A stretch of DNA of 64,000 bases from assembly GCA_003971905.1 (NCBI GenBank), contig RSEE01000089.1, positions 186,001 through 250,000 on the forward strand, read 5' to 3'. Positions 12,878 to 29,494 of the stretch are shown piece by piece. Below the pieces are notes generated by a model that made no database searches, was not told the origin of the DNA, and was given only the letters and a program-made list of their open reading frames with translations. This stretch comes from Moniliella sp. 'wahieum' (lineage: Eukaryota). The first letter of the stretch is position 1; every line of letters starts with the position of its first letter. The position numbers were made by a program, and so were the translations under genes.

Positions 12878-13087
12878 AATAGAAGCAATGCGAATTCAAC
12901 TATGTACTGGCATCGCTACTTGGACATGATGAACCGGACATAGGAGTATAGTCATTCGGGACAAATCAAAAAGGGCACGAAAGACTTCCGAATACGGGCC
13001 AAAGGAGGTTCACGATCGAAGAAGAAAAAATAAACGGGTATCAACGAATGGGAAAACCGAACGAAACGGGCTGGGCTCAATCACGAA

Positions 13088-15738
13088 TCAAATGAGGCGA
13101 TATGGGCAATATGTTCCCAAGGAGACGCTTAGAGGGTTGCGAGCGAGGCCCGGGTGGGCTTCTTGGGGTCTGCTTCTTGGCCAACGCCACATCATGAGGC
13201 AGGGCCACCACAATGTTGCGCGAGTTGTACCATACTCATCTTGGACAACCGTATCGGCGTAACGGCGGATCTGGTAGTCGTGCGTCTTGCCTCGCTTAAC
13301 CGACTCAAACGACCCACGCAATAACAAACGGCCCTGACGAGGTCACAATCGAGGTCTCGTCGTCCTCTCCCACATCGAACCGAGCCGGGGTGAACTCGAC
13401 GCCCTGGCCCATGTACGCGACATGGTGGGCTTAAGCTGCAACCGGCGCGGAACAGGCTTCGAGTTGGCAGGGAATGATTTGTCAAAGCCCAAACTACCCG
13501 CCCAGCGACCATCGCCAATCAGAGTGTCGATAAGCAAGAGATAGGTCTTGCACGTCGCCAAAACGTACCGCCCGTCGGACGTGACGTCCACTCCAGTGAT
13601 CGGGTCACCAAGCGCAGGAAGCGCCGTCTTGGCATTCTTACCAATCTGTCAAACAAACGCAAGTCCCCTTGTTGGAAGCGACCACGAGTCGCCAGATGCA
13701 TCGGTGGCAGCCGAGGAAAAGTCAGCCTTGGTGGCATACTGCTTGAACTGACTGTCGACCAACTTTCTGGCCCGATACACGAGGGTCAATCCGGTAGACC
13801 GCGTTGTGGCTTGTACCAACCAGTGTCTGCTCGGATGTCATCTGAGCAAACTTGGCCGAGGGGATTCACGTTGGCCACTCGACGTCCTCATGAATCCCAC
13901 TCCCAACACCTTTCCATACTCCAAATCCATCTGAAGACCGAGTGTTGGTTGTTAGGATCCATCGCACCATAGCCGTATCCGAGTCGTGGAGCATGGCCTT
14001 GCGGGTTGAATGCGTTGCCCCCCGGGTAGAGACATTGTTGATCGTCGTCGAAAACTCTAGGCCAGGCTGGCCTCTGAGCCATTAGACGTCTTAAACACCC
14101 AATCCGGTTACCGCGCACGACGAATGCACGATCGTTCTTGTAGCCAATCGCCAGCTGGGAGTTCAGTTCCCTGCCAAGGCGTCCGTCTCGTTGGGCATCC
14201 CCTCCGGCGCATCTCCCTCATTACCCGCGTCGTCTTCTGGTTCCTCCTCCTCAGAAACCTCGTCTTCCTCCTCGATCGGGTTAATGGTCTCACCCATGCT
14301 TGGTCGATCGCCGCGTCGTCCTCCTCGTCCTGGTCTGCGTCGGGCATGTCGACATCTTCCTCATACGCGTCATAGAGGTACTTCTGCTCATCCGGCTTGA
14401 GCTTGGACAAGGAAGTTCATTCAGGGTTTGCCACAGGCAAGCGCTGAATCCGTGCTGGAACTGCTCGTACGCTGGGCGCTTGTAAAAGCGCAATAGCCAC
14501 GAGTAGTACAGCACCTTTCCTTCGTCATTGTGTGGTAAAGTAGTTCCATACTGCACTCAGATTGTCCGCAGCAAAGTTCATGTTCATGTCTGCCGACACA
14601 CGCTGAGAGAGCCAGAGCCGGCTCTGTCCATCTTCTTGGGGGAAGACTGAACAGTCATCCAGAACATGTACTGGCCGGCTTCCACGACCTTGGCAACAGC
14701 GTTCTTCTCCTGGCTCATAAACAAGCCCGAAGCCTCGTCATACAAGTACAGATCCGCGACCGCTTCCACTGCCACAGGGTTGCCTGTTTCTTCAGCCCCA
14801 GGCACAATGGGGGGCAGGTCTTCCTCGGTCGGAGCGGCGGGACCAATGGTTTGCTCTCTGACACAGACACCGCCGCAGTCGATACAACGCTTACATCCCC
14901 CGGCCGCCGCCTCCGTTGCCTCTGTATTCTTGGCTGGGGTAGCAGGGGCCGATGGGGCAGCCACTGACTTGGCTGCAGGTGTGCTGGCTGCTCTGTTGAG
15001 CACGCGGAGCGCGCTGGGGTAGCAGGAGTGCCAGGGACCGACGGGCTGCCACCGACTTTGCCGCTGGCGTGTTGAACTGAGTCGATGGGGTCGCACTGGG
15101 GCGCAGTGGGGTGGCCGGAGCGGCGGGATCGAGGGTAAAGACGGGGAGGTTGATACTTGAGAGCATCGAGATCCTCATCGGAGGCCTCCTGGTGAGGACG
15201 GTTGTACTTGCGCTCGTAGCAGCACTGGAGGTAGGTCACCTCGAAAATCGAGCGGGTTACGGCATTGACCTGCTGTCCATCCACGACAAACTGGTACAAG
15301 TCTTCGTCCGGTGTCAGTGGCAGGAGTGGTAGGCGAAATGAGGGCCGACGAGCTCATATCCAATTCTTCACCCAGATCGCGCCAACCAATGTCGGCTCGT
15401 CCGGCTCATCCGTATCGTGTGCACCGGGATCAGCGCGCAAAGTGGACAGGCGGAAGGCGAGCGAAGGGTCAATGAGGAACGATTTTTCGTCGTCTGACTC
15501 ATCGTCGTCGTCGAGAAGTGCCTTCACCCTCATCGTAAGCGCGGGTGATGACCAGCTGGTAGTTGAAGGGGATGCTGGTGCGGCGGATGGTGGCGACGGC
15601 GTCCTTGTAGATGCACTCACGGGCGCTCTTGATCGCCCCGGAGCGGACGAGGTAGAGCGCACCCGCAGGAATCTGGATCAGCTCAGCGTTGTTCTCGTCG
15701 CCCCAAATTTTGCCAAAGAGGGACTTGAGCATGAACAT
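13088..15738 (-). CDS. VID27: Vacuolar import and degradation protein Vid27; 3' end approximate
   Basis: N-terminus MFMLKSLFGKIWGD..ELIQIPAGALYLVR..RECIYKDAVATIRRTSIPFNYQLVITRAY; PH-like middle; C-terminal propeller GDLRLFD..KNAKTALPALGDPITGVDVTSDGRYVLATCKTYLLLID. Confidence 0.92.
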
Positions 15739-15760
15739 GCGGGCAAGGGTACCAGGAGAT

Positions 15761-15906
15761 GGTGGCGTGAAAAAGAAAAGCTGTGGCGAGATGCGATGGC
15801 TTTGACGGGCGTTTGAACGTAGAATAGCCACCTACGCAAAGAAAACATTGAAGCCACGTCTCCCAATTCCGCCGGGGTCCGGGCGCCAGCGGAATTAGAT
15901 GTGGCG
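15761..15906. promoter_or_regulatory. Bidirectional VID27/RPT1 promoter with five GTGGC/GCCAC cores (Rpn4/PACE-like)
   Basis: GGTGGCG 15761, TGTGGCG 15782, GCCACC 15827, GCCACG 15853 and TGTGGCG 15900 lie within about 150 bp upstream of a proteasome gene. Confidence 0.5.
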
Positions 15907-16002
15907 GACTGGCGACGCGTGGACATATTGGCGGTTGGTACTGTAGGTCCTGAGTTGCCCTCTCCACCCCGCCGCCGCCACCACCACCTCGCCTCCTCCA
16001 TC

Positions 16003-17409
<1,407 letters not shown>

Positions 17410-18191
17410 TCCCATGCATCTGATCACAATCGCTGTGCGAGTTGGGGCTGTGTGAACCCCCACCAGGTCCCAGGGGCTGATCGAGTTGATCAGGCTGAGG
17501 ACAGGGTCATATCTTCATCATAGCTGATGGCTAGTTCAGCCATATGAAGCGAGCACAAATGCCACAGTAAGGTAATTGAATGTCGGCCCTAACCCTTTGG
17601 CTGCCGCGCCTCCAAAATGTAGTCTCCTTGCGCCCTTTACCACCATCATCGCCACCGAGAGATGTTGGAGATAAAGATGCCCCAATGATCAACGTAAGCC
17701 ACGCGCCGCCTCACCTCTATCTCTGACCCTACACCCCTCTCTTCCGGCTTCTCAGTGGCACATGTAGGTGCAAAAATATTAAAGGAGAGTAGCGCAGAAC
17801 TGCCAACTGAATCGATGTGAACTACACTAGCTGCCAGGGACGCGCGTCTGCTATTGTTACTACACAGAGGATCTCAAGGTGGCCGCTATACGCCTTCCTA
17901 ATCACCTACAGGCCCCGGGCCGCTTTAATTGGTGGCAGGCACACGCATGTCCATTGAAGGACGGGCAGAGAGGCAAAGTGTTCACAAACCGCATATTCAG
18001 AAAGAGGGGATGGGGATCGACAGAAAACGACACGACCGCGGGTGGGAGAGCGAACGAGAAAGACAAGCAGTATAATGAGACGGATCAGAGGCGGTACACC
18101 AAGCAGCGTCCGCAGGGCCCACATTCCTAGTCCGAACCACGCCAGCCGATTCTACTAGACAGATTCTAACAAGCTGGATATCAAACACAGA

Positions 18192-21100
18192 TCAGAGCGC
18201 ATCAAGTGTGGCCATGTCCGTCGCCTCGTTCGACACGGAGGCGGAACTGGTACTGGACATGCAGGAAAAGGGTAGGTCCGATCCCTCTTGTCTCGCCTGC
18301 TCCCCTTCTTGTGCATCCGGCTCCGTATGGCCTCTCCGGGAAGAAGGAAATGAAGACGGCGCTGTCTCGCGGGGGAGCGGGGCGTGTACGCATCGGCAGC
18401 TGAGAAGGGTCGGTGAGGGGTGATTTCCAGCCCAGGAGACGGTGGGGCCTGGGAGAGGGTGCGGTCCCGGGCCGTTCCGGTCATCTCAGAGGCAGGGAGG
18501 GGTGGCAAGCTGTCGCAACCTGGGGCGGGAGGAGGTCTTGGGACAGTCTGTCCCCGCCTCGCCTGCTCGGACGAAGAAGTCAAGGCCGAGGAAGGGGAGG
18601 AAGCAGAGGAGGTGGAACGGAGACTGCTCATATTGAGGGCCTTACCAGCCAGGGGAGACTTACGCATAGGTACATGCTGCGTTCCTGCTCCCACTACCAC
18701 CCGGCCCAGCGCAAAACCAGGAACCTGCGTCATCTTGCTCGTCGACCCCTGCTGGTGAGGTCGGTCCACCTTCCACCGATGGAAGCGGGAGAGAGGGAAG
18801 AGGATAGAGAAGGGGAAGAGCGTAGAGGTGGAGGCAGCAGCACTAGAATGCGCCAGGCATTTGGAGTGTTCTCCTCCTGAAGAGTTCGGGCTTGGCCAGT
18901 TGTGCCCCCCTTCAGGGGTAGATGGAAGTAGGATTTTGGAATGCTGCGGTAAAGTCGCCAAGGGCTCCCAAGATGGTGAAGAGATACGTGGTCACCTAGA
19001 TCACAGGGCCAGCGCACCAGGCTCGTTCGGAGCCAATGCCGTTTCCCGCTGCCCTGCTGACCATACAGGGCTCTGGGAAAGTGAACCGTCCTCTTCATCG
19101 TTAGAAGGACCCGGGGTATCCGATGGAAAATGTGGGATAAACGGTTGGACCAGCGACGGCGCTCCTTGGTTGATTTCCTTTCTGAAGATGGATCTGCAAG
19201 CACGGGCAAGGAACGAGGACGAAAGAGTGACGTGGTGTGCGTCCGGGCAGGTCCTTCTTTTTCCCGGATATTGGAACGACGACGGCATCCTGGGTTCCAA
19301 TGGGGCAGACGAAGACGTATAAAATGGGACGATGGGTACCCTGACCCGCCCATCGGATTGGGGGGCGGTGCAGCTGGGGGCTCGGCTTGGCTCCTACTTG
19401 CCTGGTCCAGGGCAAGGTAGGCGGCTGCGCTCGATCCAATAGTTTTCGTCGGAGATCTGAACCCGTGTTGCTCCACGTTCAGGAATGGGGGCGGTGGGGA
19501 GACGGAGACAATGGAGGAGGCAGATGTGGAGGGTCCGGGAGATGGGCACAGGCCATAGGGGTCGGATTGGGTCACTTTGCGTCCGGCCACGCGGACAAAC
19601 GCCGAAGGCATGGGTGATGGTACCGCGGAATGACGAGGGGGGGATGGAGGAGGCGGAGGAGGAGGAGGAGAGGAGAAAGAGGAGCAGAGCGAGGGGAGGA
19701 CGAAGCGGCGTGGGTAGTTTGGGGTTGGGTGGTTGAACCAGAGTCATAGGGTACTGTGACAACCCCTGGCGGGGCAAAACTCTCCTCGACAACCGAAACA
19801 GAAGAGACATGTACCGGGTACTGAGCGCTCTGAGATGCGCCTCCCTCTACCGCGTCTGGGTGAGCCAAAGAGGATGGCGTGAGGGCTGAGAAACCCATCA
19901 AGTGATACATCGAGGACGCGCTCAAAGGCCGAGGAAAGAAGGACGATGTACTACGGGGACGGGCGGTAGTAGAGCAAAGGTCGGTTGACCCAAGGATCCC
20001 GTTTGAATTGTCCCATCCTCGGCAATTTGTTCACCATCGAGGGTAGAACGGAACGAGTGACGCAGCAGCTTCGCCTTTTCCGTCCAAGAGGATTCGGGGC
20101 GGGGCGGGGCTGAGGGTGTCTGTGGGGGGCAGGAAGATTGGAGTAGGAAGAGGAAAGAGGGTACGGTTCAGTACCCAGCGAGCCTTCATTGGGTGAGAAT
20201 CGTACCCCACCCCGTTAGGGCTGAGTTCTCCACAACCACCTCGTACGGGTGTGGGTGTTGAGAATCAAATGAGAGCCAGGTGAGAATGCGAAGGAGACCT
20301 TGGCCAATTTTGGAGAGGATGAGGAGCACGAGGACAAGAAGCATTACGGCCAGCATGACAAGGAGAAAGTACGCTACCCAGTCAGCTGTGGTGGGGGCAA
20401 GGGAGATGGCAGACAAAGCAGCAGGACCAAGAGCCCTCCGATGGGTCGAATGAGGGTATAACGAACAGCGTAAATCCGTTGGTGAACGTAGGACTTGTCG
20501 AGGAGGAAAACAATTTGGATGCACGCTTCGAGGCCAAGAAGGAAAAGATACATACGGCGGCACGTAGGAGGTCAAAAACGAACAGGATGATTGCCTGGGC
20601 CGTCCCGGATCGTTGCCCTGCACCGATAACAATGCCAGTACAGAGCGATCCAAGAAAGTGCATCTGGCCCATGCGCAGACCTTTCTGCGGGGAAGACCAG
20701 GAATGGTATAGGGGCCCCAGGGCCAATAGCACGGCCCGATCCCACGCCACATCCGAGTCGATAGAGTGTAGGTGCCAGAGGGCTCCCATGGGAGCCAAGA
20801 GGGAGAAGAAGATGAAGGTGACGATGGCCATGGCCCGCGTGTGGTCTTGGTAGGTACTAAACTGGTATGTGCTCATCACCGTCAGGGGAAAGTGAAAGAG
20901 AATCAAGAGGCGAATGAGGTTGCCCTGCATGGCGGCCAAGTGCTCATCCACAACGTCTTGCATACGAAGCTTGTGAGCCGCATGCCCAGGTTGGTGTGAA
21001 CGCGGTGGCAGCGTTTCCCCTCCTCTTCGGGCAGAGTGGTCGAAACAGGGGTATGCTCACCCCGTTTTCTCCTGGAAGTGGTACAGGCGATCCAACTCAT

Positions 21101-22579
21101 GTGCCCCACCCCGACCACACAGCTGACGACAACCAAGGCTGCGACAACAATGAGGAAAAGGCTAGTGCACGTCCCGAATCCGTCTTGAGGATGCAGCCGG
21201 GCCATGCGAAGCAGGGCGGGCAACCCTTGATGCGAACCTGACAGGTTGAGGATATTTGGTCGTGCGGCGGGAACCAACGCGCTCGTCGGACGTGGAGGAA
21301 GGTGGAATGCCCAAGTAAAGCGGGCTGGAGGTATTGCTCATCATCTGGTCTTGGGCCCATGCATATTCCCCCTCTGGCAGGGGCGAAGCGACCAACAGAG
21401 GATCGTACCGGATCCCCCGGGTTGGTGGAGGTGCTGTACCAGCTTCACATCCCCCAGCAGGAACGTCCACAGTACTTGTTTCAGCACTGGGTACACAAAC
21501 TCGGGCCAATCCACCGCCACCATGGCTAAAGCGGCGGCCCACTGGAAGAAAAGCCATACATCTGTCAGATTCGGGGTGACAAAGCGGTGTAGGGAAGGAG
21601 AGGTAAGAAGATGATGGCCGCGCGAAAGCAGTAGACGCGATCGACGCTATGCCTTCTTCCGACGCTCGCTTTTCCGCATGGAGGGAACTGCTGCCGCCCA
21701 GGGACGAGCCAAAACGGAAAGAAGAAAGAAGCTGCCGGCCAGGCAGATGGGTAGGGCAAAGAGCAGATGCCAGTACCAGGTTGAGGGTAAGTACTGAGCC
21801 AGCGCTATCTCGATACAGCCCATCGTCTGTGTTGGACTGCCGGACATTAATTCCATTGGTATGGATCGTGCCCAGAGGATAGCGGTGGTGGAGAGGAATT
21901 TGAACCCCAATCCCGATTGTGCCCGGGCCATAGGAACAGGACTGGAAATCACCTGCGAGCGGGTGGGACGGGTCCGGTCTCACGGGCACCATGGACTGGC
22001 ACAAGCTGGTGACATGGTCTGAGATGGGAAAGGTAGCAAAATGGGTGTGGGTAGAAACCGAGCCTGAGAAGAGAATGTGAGTTAGCCAACAAGTGTTTCC
22101 ATTTCCTCTCGTCGGCTGTGACTCGAATCGCTCTATACGCACTGACAATGCTTGACCCATTCTGCACGGCACTGGCCGGGGAGGGGGTAGTGCCAAGGGC
22201 CACCAGCTTGAGCACGTACGGGGGAGATGCGTCTGGGGCATTGCTGAATTCTGAGGGAGCCAGGAGAGTAAGGTAGACAGCGTCAAAGTGGAACTGCTGT
22301 ACCAGTGGAGCCTGGTGGCGGACAGGTACGGAGCATGAGGTGAACCATTGGTCTGGCACGACGGAGTGGATGCGTGCCGGGTGGCCACTAGTCCGTTAGG
22401 TAGGGCGCGATACGGACGCAAAAGCGTCCAAGGCACGGTCGCAACAGGCGCTTGGGGGGCTGCCTCCACGGGGCTTACGACGGCCAGCGGTAGCAGGAGC
22501 AGCAAGCACAGGCCCAGACGGGCCAGGCAGCTGCTGGCTTCCCAGACCGTCGCCACCGCTGGATGGAGCGGGCGGCCAT
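18192..22579 (-). CDS. TRP/FLC-like multi-pass membrane protein with signal peptide, luminal N-domain and long disordered Ser/Pro-rich C-terminal tail; ends approximate
   Basis: Signal peptide LGLCLLLLLPLAVVSPVEA; CSYGPGTIGIG; AVDWPEFVYP; QGNLIRLLILFHFPLTVMSTYQF; LLALGPLY; GIVIGAGQRSGTAQAIIL; several TM helices followed by low-complexity ORFs at 18.2-20 kb. Confidence 0.7.
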
Positions 22580-22941
22580 ACTAATGGCGGGGTGGTGGGG
22601 CCCTCCTGATGGCCGACGGAGGCGGAGGGAGGCGGTGGGTTGCTCAGCGCCAGTGGGTGTGGGGGCGGGGGGTTGCTGAGCAGTGAATGGCAGAGCGCCG
22701 ATGCGGCTGCTTGTGGTTGGTACTACTGCTACTAGGGACGGCGTGCTAGGATCGGATGGCTGTGTACACCAAGCACCGTACTCCGGCTGCGGAGAGGCGT
22801 CTGGGAGGGGCGGGAGATAGTCGCTAGATATACAATCCCACCCGGCGGCTCCAAACCAGCCCAAGTGGGTGGTGGTGGTGGGATGAGCGATCGATGAGCT
22901 CCATGCGATGAGCACTGCGCGAGTGATGCGCCTCAGTGCCA

Positions 22942-23074
22942 GTGACTAGTGACTGGTGATTTGCCTGCCGCTGTCTCTCCGATGCCAGGCGCCAGCAGTC
23001 CAGCTGCCCTAGTGCCCCAGTCGGGGGGCATGACCATCATGCATCATGCATCATGCATCATCATTCATCGATCA
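22942..23074. repeat. Heptamer palindrome arrays (CTAG, TGCA x3, TCGA cores)
   Basis: TGA-CTAG-TGA near 22943; TCA-TGCA-TCA-TGCA-TCA-TGCA-TCA 23037-23060; TCA-TCGA-TCA 23065-23074. Confidence 0.8.
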
Positions 23075-23399
23075 TCAACCATCGCATCAGTCCCGCCACA
23101 CGCTCATCCATCCCGCTCCCCCCATCTTGACGCGACCACGCTGGGGCGGCCTAAGCATGCAGATGTTCGTCGCAGCGCCAGGCGTGCGGGTGGCACACGT
23201 GGGCCTGCTTCACTAGCTCTCGACAGTTCCGAGACTCCCAGCTGGCACAGGACACTCTCACTACAGGATACCATCAACCCACCACCTCCAGCGCCGAGCC
23301 GATGCCAACGGGAAAGGGTATGTCGTCGTGACGAGGGGAGAAGAGGTAGGACAGGGCAGAACAGGGGGTAGGAGGGCAGGACAGTAGGGCCAAGAACAG

Positions 23400-26294
23400 C
23401 GGGGCAGGCAGGGGCTGGGCAGGTGGCAAGATACCACCCACGCCCAAGTGCACGGGTGGACCGTACCATGTTGCTCGCTTGACACACGTCTCGCCCCCCA
23501 GCCCAAGAGCGAGGTAGCAAGAGCTGGGTCGGGGTCGGGGTCGAGCTACGTCGACTGGCCGTTCTGGCTAGCTGGCTGACTGCGCATCGACGAATGCAGC
23601 CCATTCCGATGCTTGTCCCGCCACTTGCCCGCCAGCAGCGCGGTGCGCAGCGCACGCAGTTGCAGCGGTCGCAGTCCTGCCAGCGCGGCCGTCTCGTAGA
23701 ACGGGTCGCGAGCCGCTGCCGCTCGTCGAGAGGCAGCGTCTGCAGGTCGGGCACGGCGTTGCTTCCCGGTACGGGCAAGACCAAATCGACGGTGAGGCAG
23801 GTGTGCATGGCATGGGCAGCCCATTGGGTTAGGTCCGGCAGGCCGTACAAGCCACCCAGAAGCAGCAAGGTGCAAAAGACGGCCGGGTGGTGTGGGTGCG
23901 GGTGCAGAGACTGCGCGCATACAGAAACTCAACCAGCGCCAGCCCGACCACCCCGGGCTCGGGCAGGTAGAGCTTGCGCGGCGTGATCCGCACATCCGCC
24001 GTATCCTCTCTGCTGCCCCTTCTTCCCCCACGCACCCGATGACCCCCCAGCCTGCATGGGGGGCATCGGCATGCCCTCTCCTGCCCACGCAACTGCGCCA
24101 CCACACTCACCGCGCGCTCACGGTACCCCACCAGCGCTGCGGCGAACCAGGGCCACCGGCGCTCCAGCACCGCACGGTTCACCCCAATCCGCACCCCATC
24201 CGAACACACAATCTCAAAGTCGCCTCGCCCGCCCAGGGTGTTGGACAGGTAAGGCAACGCGGATCCGGGGTGGTACGCGTCAGCGGACGTGTCACTGGAA
24301 GTAAGGTCCGCCAGCGTCGCCCGGTTGGAGCGAAGTTGCGTCGGTTGTGCCGGTGGCTGCCTCGCTAGTGGCAGCACTCCGTGGGGGACAAGACGGAACT
24401 AGGGGGTTGGGACGAGGAAGAGGAGGTGCCGACGGCTTGAATCAGCGTAGCCACCGCACTGGTCGAATCGCCCGAGGTGTCTACCATACTGGCCGCCAAC
24501 TTCTCGAGTCCCAGTTGGGCCACCAATTTGGCCCTCGGTCCACTGCGCGGGGGCTCGTAGACGCCCAATGCTTCCAGCTCCACAGACACCACATGGGTCC
24601 AATTGTTTTGGCGACGGTTGTAGTCGGTCACCAGGTCGCGACTGCGGTCCCAAACACCAGCAGACGGTTCGCGCCCCGGTGCAACAGCGCTCGGTTCCAG
24701 GACCCATGACCTAAAATGGTCCCGTATCCAGCCGGGACCACGTAAGGGTGGGCAAGTGCAAGACCCACAGGCTGAACGTTTGGGTTGTGTTGGCCAAGTA
24801 GGTACCACTGATAATCATGTGGCTGCCGCAAATGAAGCCAGAGGGGAAACGAAGACCGGGCGGGAGAGGAGGATGTCCGTGTCCCATCCGTTCGAGTAGT
24901 CGGTCGTTTCGAGCGTCATGCTCGCTTCGGCGTCGGGAGTGGGTTTGGTGAGGACATACTGCATCGACTCGAGCTCCCGCTTGACATCAGCAAAATTGTA
25001 ATTGGAGTAGACCATGATCGGAGCCAAGGGCAGCTTGGTCTCGGGAGACGTTTCCTTGTTCTCCTCCTTTTCGCCCATCGAAGTAACAGGGGCAAACTGG
25101 CGCGGTCGAGGCCTGCTGTGGGGAGTTGGTGCAACTCCATTTTGGATGACTTGGGGAGTTCAAGCGTGGCGCGCGAGGCGCTGTTCAAGGATAAATTGGC
25201 CAACATGGTGCTCAATCGTTTTTGCCTCCGCCTGGCATGGAGTCAGTCCGAACAGAATGGCTGCTACCCATACTTGGTGTGGTTGCATGGCTCGGATGGC
25301 CATTTTTGTTGGGTAAAGGGTTGCGGCGATCCAGTGCCGGGCCAGAAGACGAGTGGGATCGAGTACGAGGCTGGAGCTGCTGCCGGATCGACTGTTGGTC
25401 GTGCCCCGCAAGCGCGCAGAAGAGGCAGTGTCTTTGTCGGGCAACCAGATGGGTCGAGAGGATGGAGTACCTTGTGCACAGCCTGCTTTCTGCACCGTCC
25501 CATCCGGCTCATACACCAGTAGCGGGCTCGAGACGGCGAGACTGCGGTAGCTGCCGCATTGGTTGGTAAGCGGGTCGTTGCGGACCCATTGCCGACGCTG
25601 TAGGTCCAAGACGGACATTTCCTGTACATAGTTGTTTTCATTGTCCTGGCCACCGAGAATGACAAGATAGTCGGTTGCGACACTGCTGAGGTGAGCATAG
25701 CGGGGGGCCGGCACGGCTGGCGCGGGATGGTCGCTGCTGGCAGGAAGGACAAAGTCCAAGTCCCAGGTCATGGTGGCAAGGTCGAGTACGACCACCTCAT
25801 CCAGGACAACCAGACCATCGGTCTTGCTGGACTTGGAATGATGTGAGCTGGTGCGATCGCGCGGCAAGCCCATGCCGCCACAGATAACGATCTTGTCTGC
25901 CACAAGTCGGCAGAGTGGAAGTAGCGCGCATGGGGCAGAACGGGGGGCGAAGTGGAGGGAGGCGGGACGACCTTGCGCCAAACCATCGTGTCGAGGTCAA
26001 GCTGGTAGAGATCGTTGGTCATGACGCGGGTTGAAACAAGGCGGCCACCAAAGACATAGACGCATGCACCGCCGTGGGGACCGGTGCCGGGCCCGGAATC
26101 GACGAGCACGGCAGAGGCGCCCTGGAGGGAAGCAGGCAGGCCAGGTCAGTCACTCCCGCACACACAAGCCACGAGTGGGAAGGGAAGGGAGACAGCGGCA
26201 GGGCACGCACCACAACAGGCGGGGGCAGGTCACCAGAGCAAGCGTCGAAGGCGGCGACGACATCCTGGAGGGACGTGAGGCTGAGGGAATCCAT
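23400..26294 (-). CDS. Kelch-repeat plus BTB protein, Ral2/Mds3/Pmd1 family; intron ~26121-26210; 3' end uncertain
   Basis: GDLPPP; YVFGGRLVSTRVMTNDLYQLDL; ARYFHSAD; PRYAHLS..LVILGGQDNENNY; family motif VYSNYNFADVKREL; BTB GDFEIVCSDGVRIGVNRAVLERRWPWF; LYLPEP; FYETAALAG. Confidence 0.85.
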
Positions 26295-26515
26295 GGGGGG
26301 CTCAGGCGGGCTGGTGGTGGGAAGGAAGCTATCTGGACACTTGGGACGCTCTAGGGCACGCGCTTCAGATGGCCATCAGCGACGCGGGCGGGGAGCAGGG
26401 GGGGTGTGGGGAGCCAGACGGCGGCGGAGTGGAGCACGAGAGGGCGAGGGCGAGGCGGTGGGAACAGGGTGGACGCCTGGGCGTGCCTTGGGCGTGCGTT
26501 GGCCCAGCCCTGGCG

Positions 26516-27225
26516 TTTGAAGATTGAATGTTCAACTCGCCGTTCGACGTGCAATGTTCAATGTTCAATGTGCTCAATCAGGGACCCAGATCACGTGCAG
26601 GCCAGCCTCGTAGTTGCTTGGTGCGGATGCGTGAGCATGTGGTGATGCATGATAGCTCTTGGCCAGGAGCAGAGGCGCGATCATCGACCAGCGATCAGCG
26701 CTCAGCGCCGCCGCTGTGCAGGCGCTGTGCAGGCGCAGCCACCTCCTGCAGCCAATATCCACCGGCCCCACCCCTGTTCCCGCACGCACCCCGGCTGCCT
26801 TTTGCACCGCCCGCCCTACCGCCAACGCCCACCGCCCAGCGCCCACCCGCGCACGCCGCATCATGCATCATGCATCATACATCACCCGCCTCACCCACCG
26901 TGCAGATGATCGACCGTCGCTCACCTCCGGCCTGCACAGCGCGTCTCCGTCTGGCTGCCGCCGCGCCACAGCCGCCTTTTCTGCAATTCTGTCCGCTTCT
27001 GGCGCGCGCCAGCGGCCCTGCAGCAAGGGGCTGTCGTCGTGGAGTAGCGAGCCACTGGTACCTGCATCCCGCAGCCGGCCCCACTGGCCCCACCACGCCC
27101 CGCCTCTTGGCCCCTCCCGCAGCCGTCCGCATGTCCCAGGGATGCCGTGCGTCATGGACAGCACTCCCCCGTCTGTGACATGTGATGGCCACAACGACAT
27201 AATAAGGCCTTAGCTAAGGCTTACC
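26516..27225. repeat. Cluster of heptamer palindrome units upstream of the kelch gene (ATGT variant of ACGT, TGCA, GCGC, CATG, GGCC cores)
   Basis: caatgttcaatgttcaatg near 26552-26570; TCA-GCGC-TCA-GCGC 26695-26708; TCA-TGCA-TCA-TGCA-TCA 26861-26877; TGA-CATG-TGA near 27176; TAA-GGCC-TTA near 27203. Confidence 0.7.
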
Positions 27226-28033
27226 GTCTACCCCTCGTCGCGCTCTCCACGTCTGCTCCCAGAATAACACCCCCCGCGGAGAGTCCAAAATCACACGGGA
27301 CAGCCAATCAGTCCGAGACCACCCCCCACCACAGGGGAGACAAACAGAGGGAAAAGACCAAACGACAGAGGAAACCATCGTGGTGGCCGCGCCAAACCTT
27401 CCATGAGATGGTATACCAGACATGGGAAACCCGCTTCAGATGTTCCTCGAGTAATCTACCACCGCCGACGGTGTCACGGGCAAGAAAGCGCGGGCGAGTC
27501 CCCGTGCGCTCACAGGCGGCATGGTGTGGGTATGACAGGCATGGAGAGGTGAGAGCAGGGGCAACAGGTCAAGAACTACCAACCGTGGTGCTCTCCTCCC
27601 GTCGGATGCGACCAGTGTCGGGGAAACCGTAGTACTAGTGTCCATCCTCCGTCGATGTGATACATGGGAAGCGGCAAACGATTCGCCAGCCCGATGCTCA
27701 GGGTTAGATGTTTCCCGAAACAAGGGAACTCCTAGGCCGGCCTGAGGAGGGACTGAAGCGTTGGCCAAAACACAGCTACCCGCTGTGGCTCAGCAGGTCA
27801 TTTGAGAAGGGAGGTAGGATGGGCGATAACATGCCACCAACGCGAGAACAATCAGCTTAATCACAGGATTATATAGGTGTGCTCTTCTCACACTCCCAGT
27901 CCTTCGCCCAACCGCCCAATGCCATGGAAGCTACGACACAAAGTCTACCGAGGTGTCAACACGTTTGTCAGTCTAATGGTATGCAATGGAAGATCATAAC
28001 GGGATCACCACCTCCGCGGCGCGCGACAAGCGC

Positions 28034-29428
<1,395 letters not shown>

Positions 29429-29494
29429 GGCGAAGCGACGTGAGAAGAACACGGTTGGTGGGGAGGGCCCAAGCAAGGGGAGACACGCAAGGGA

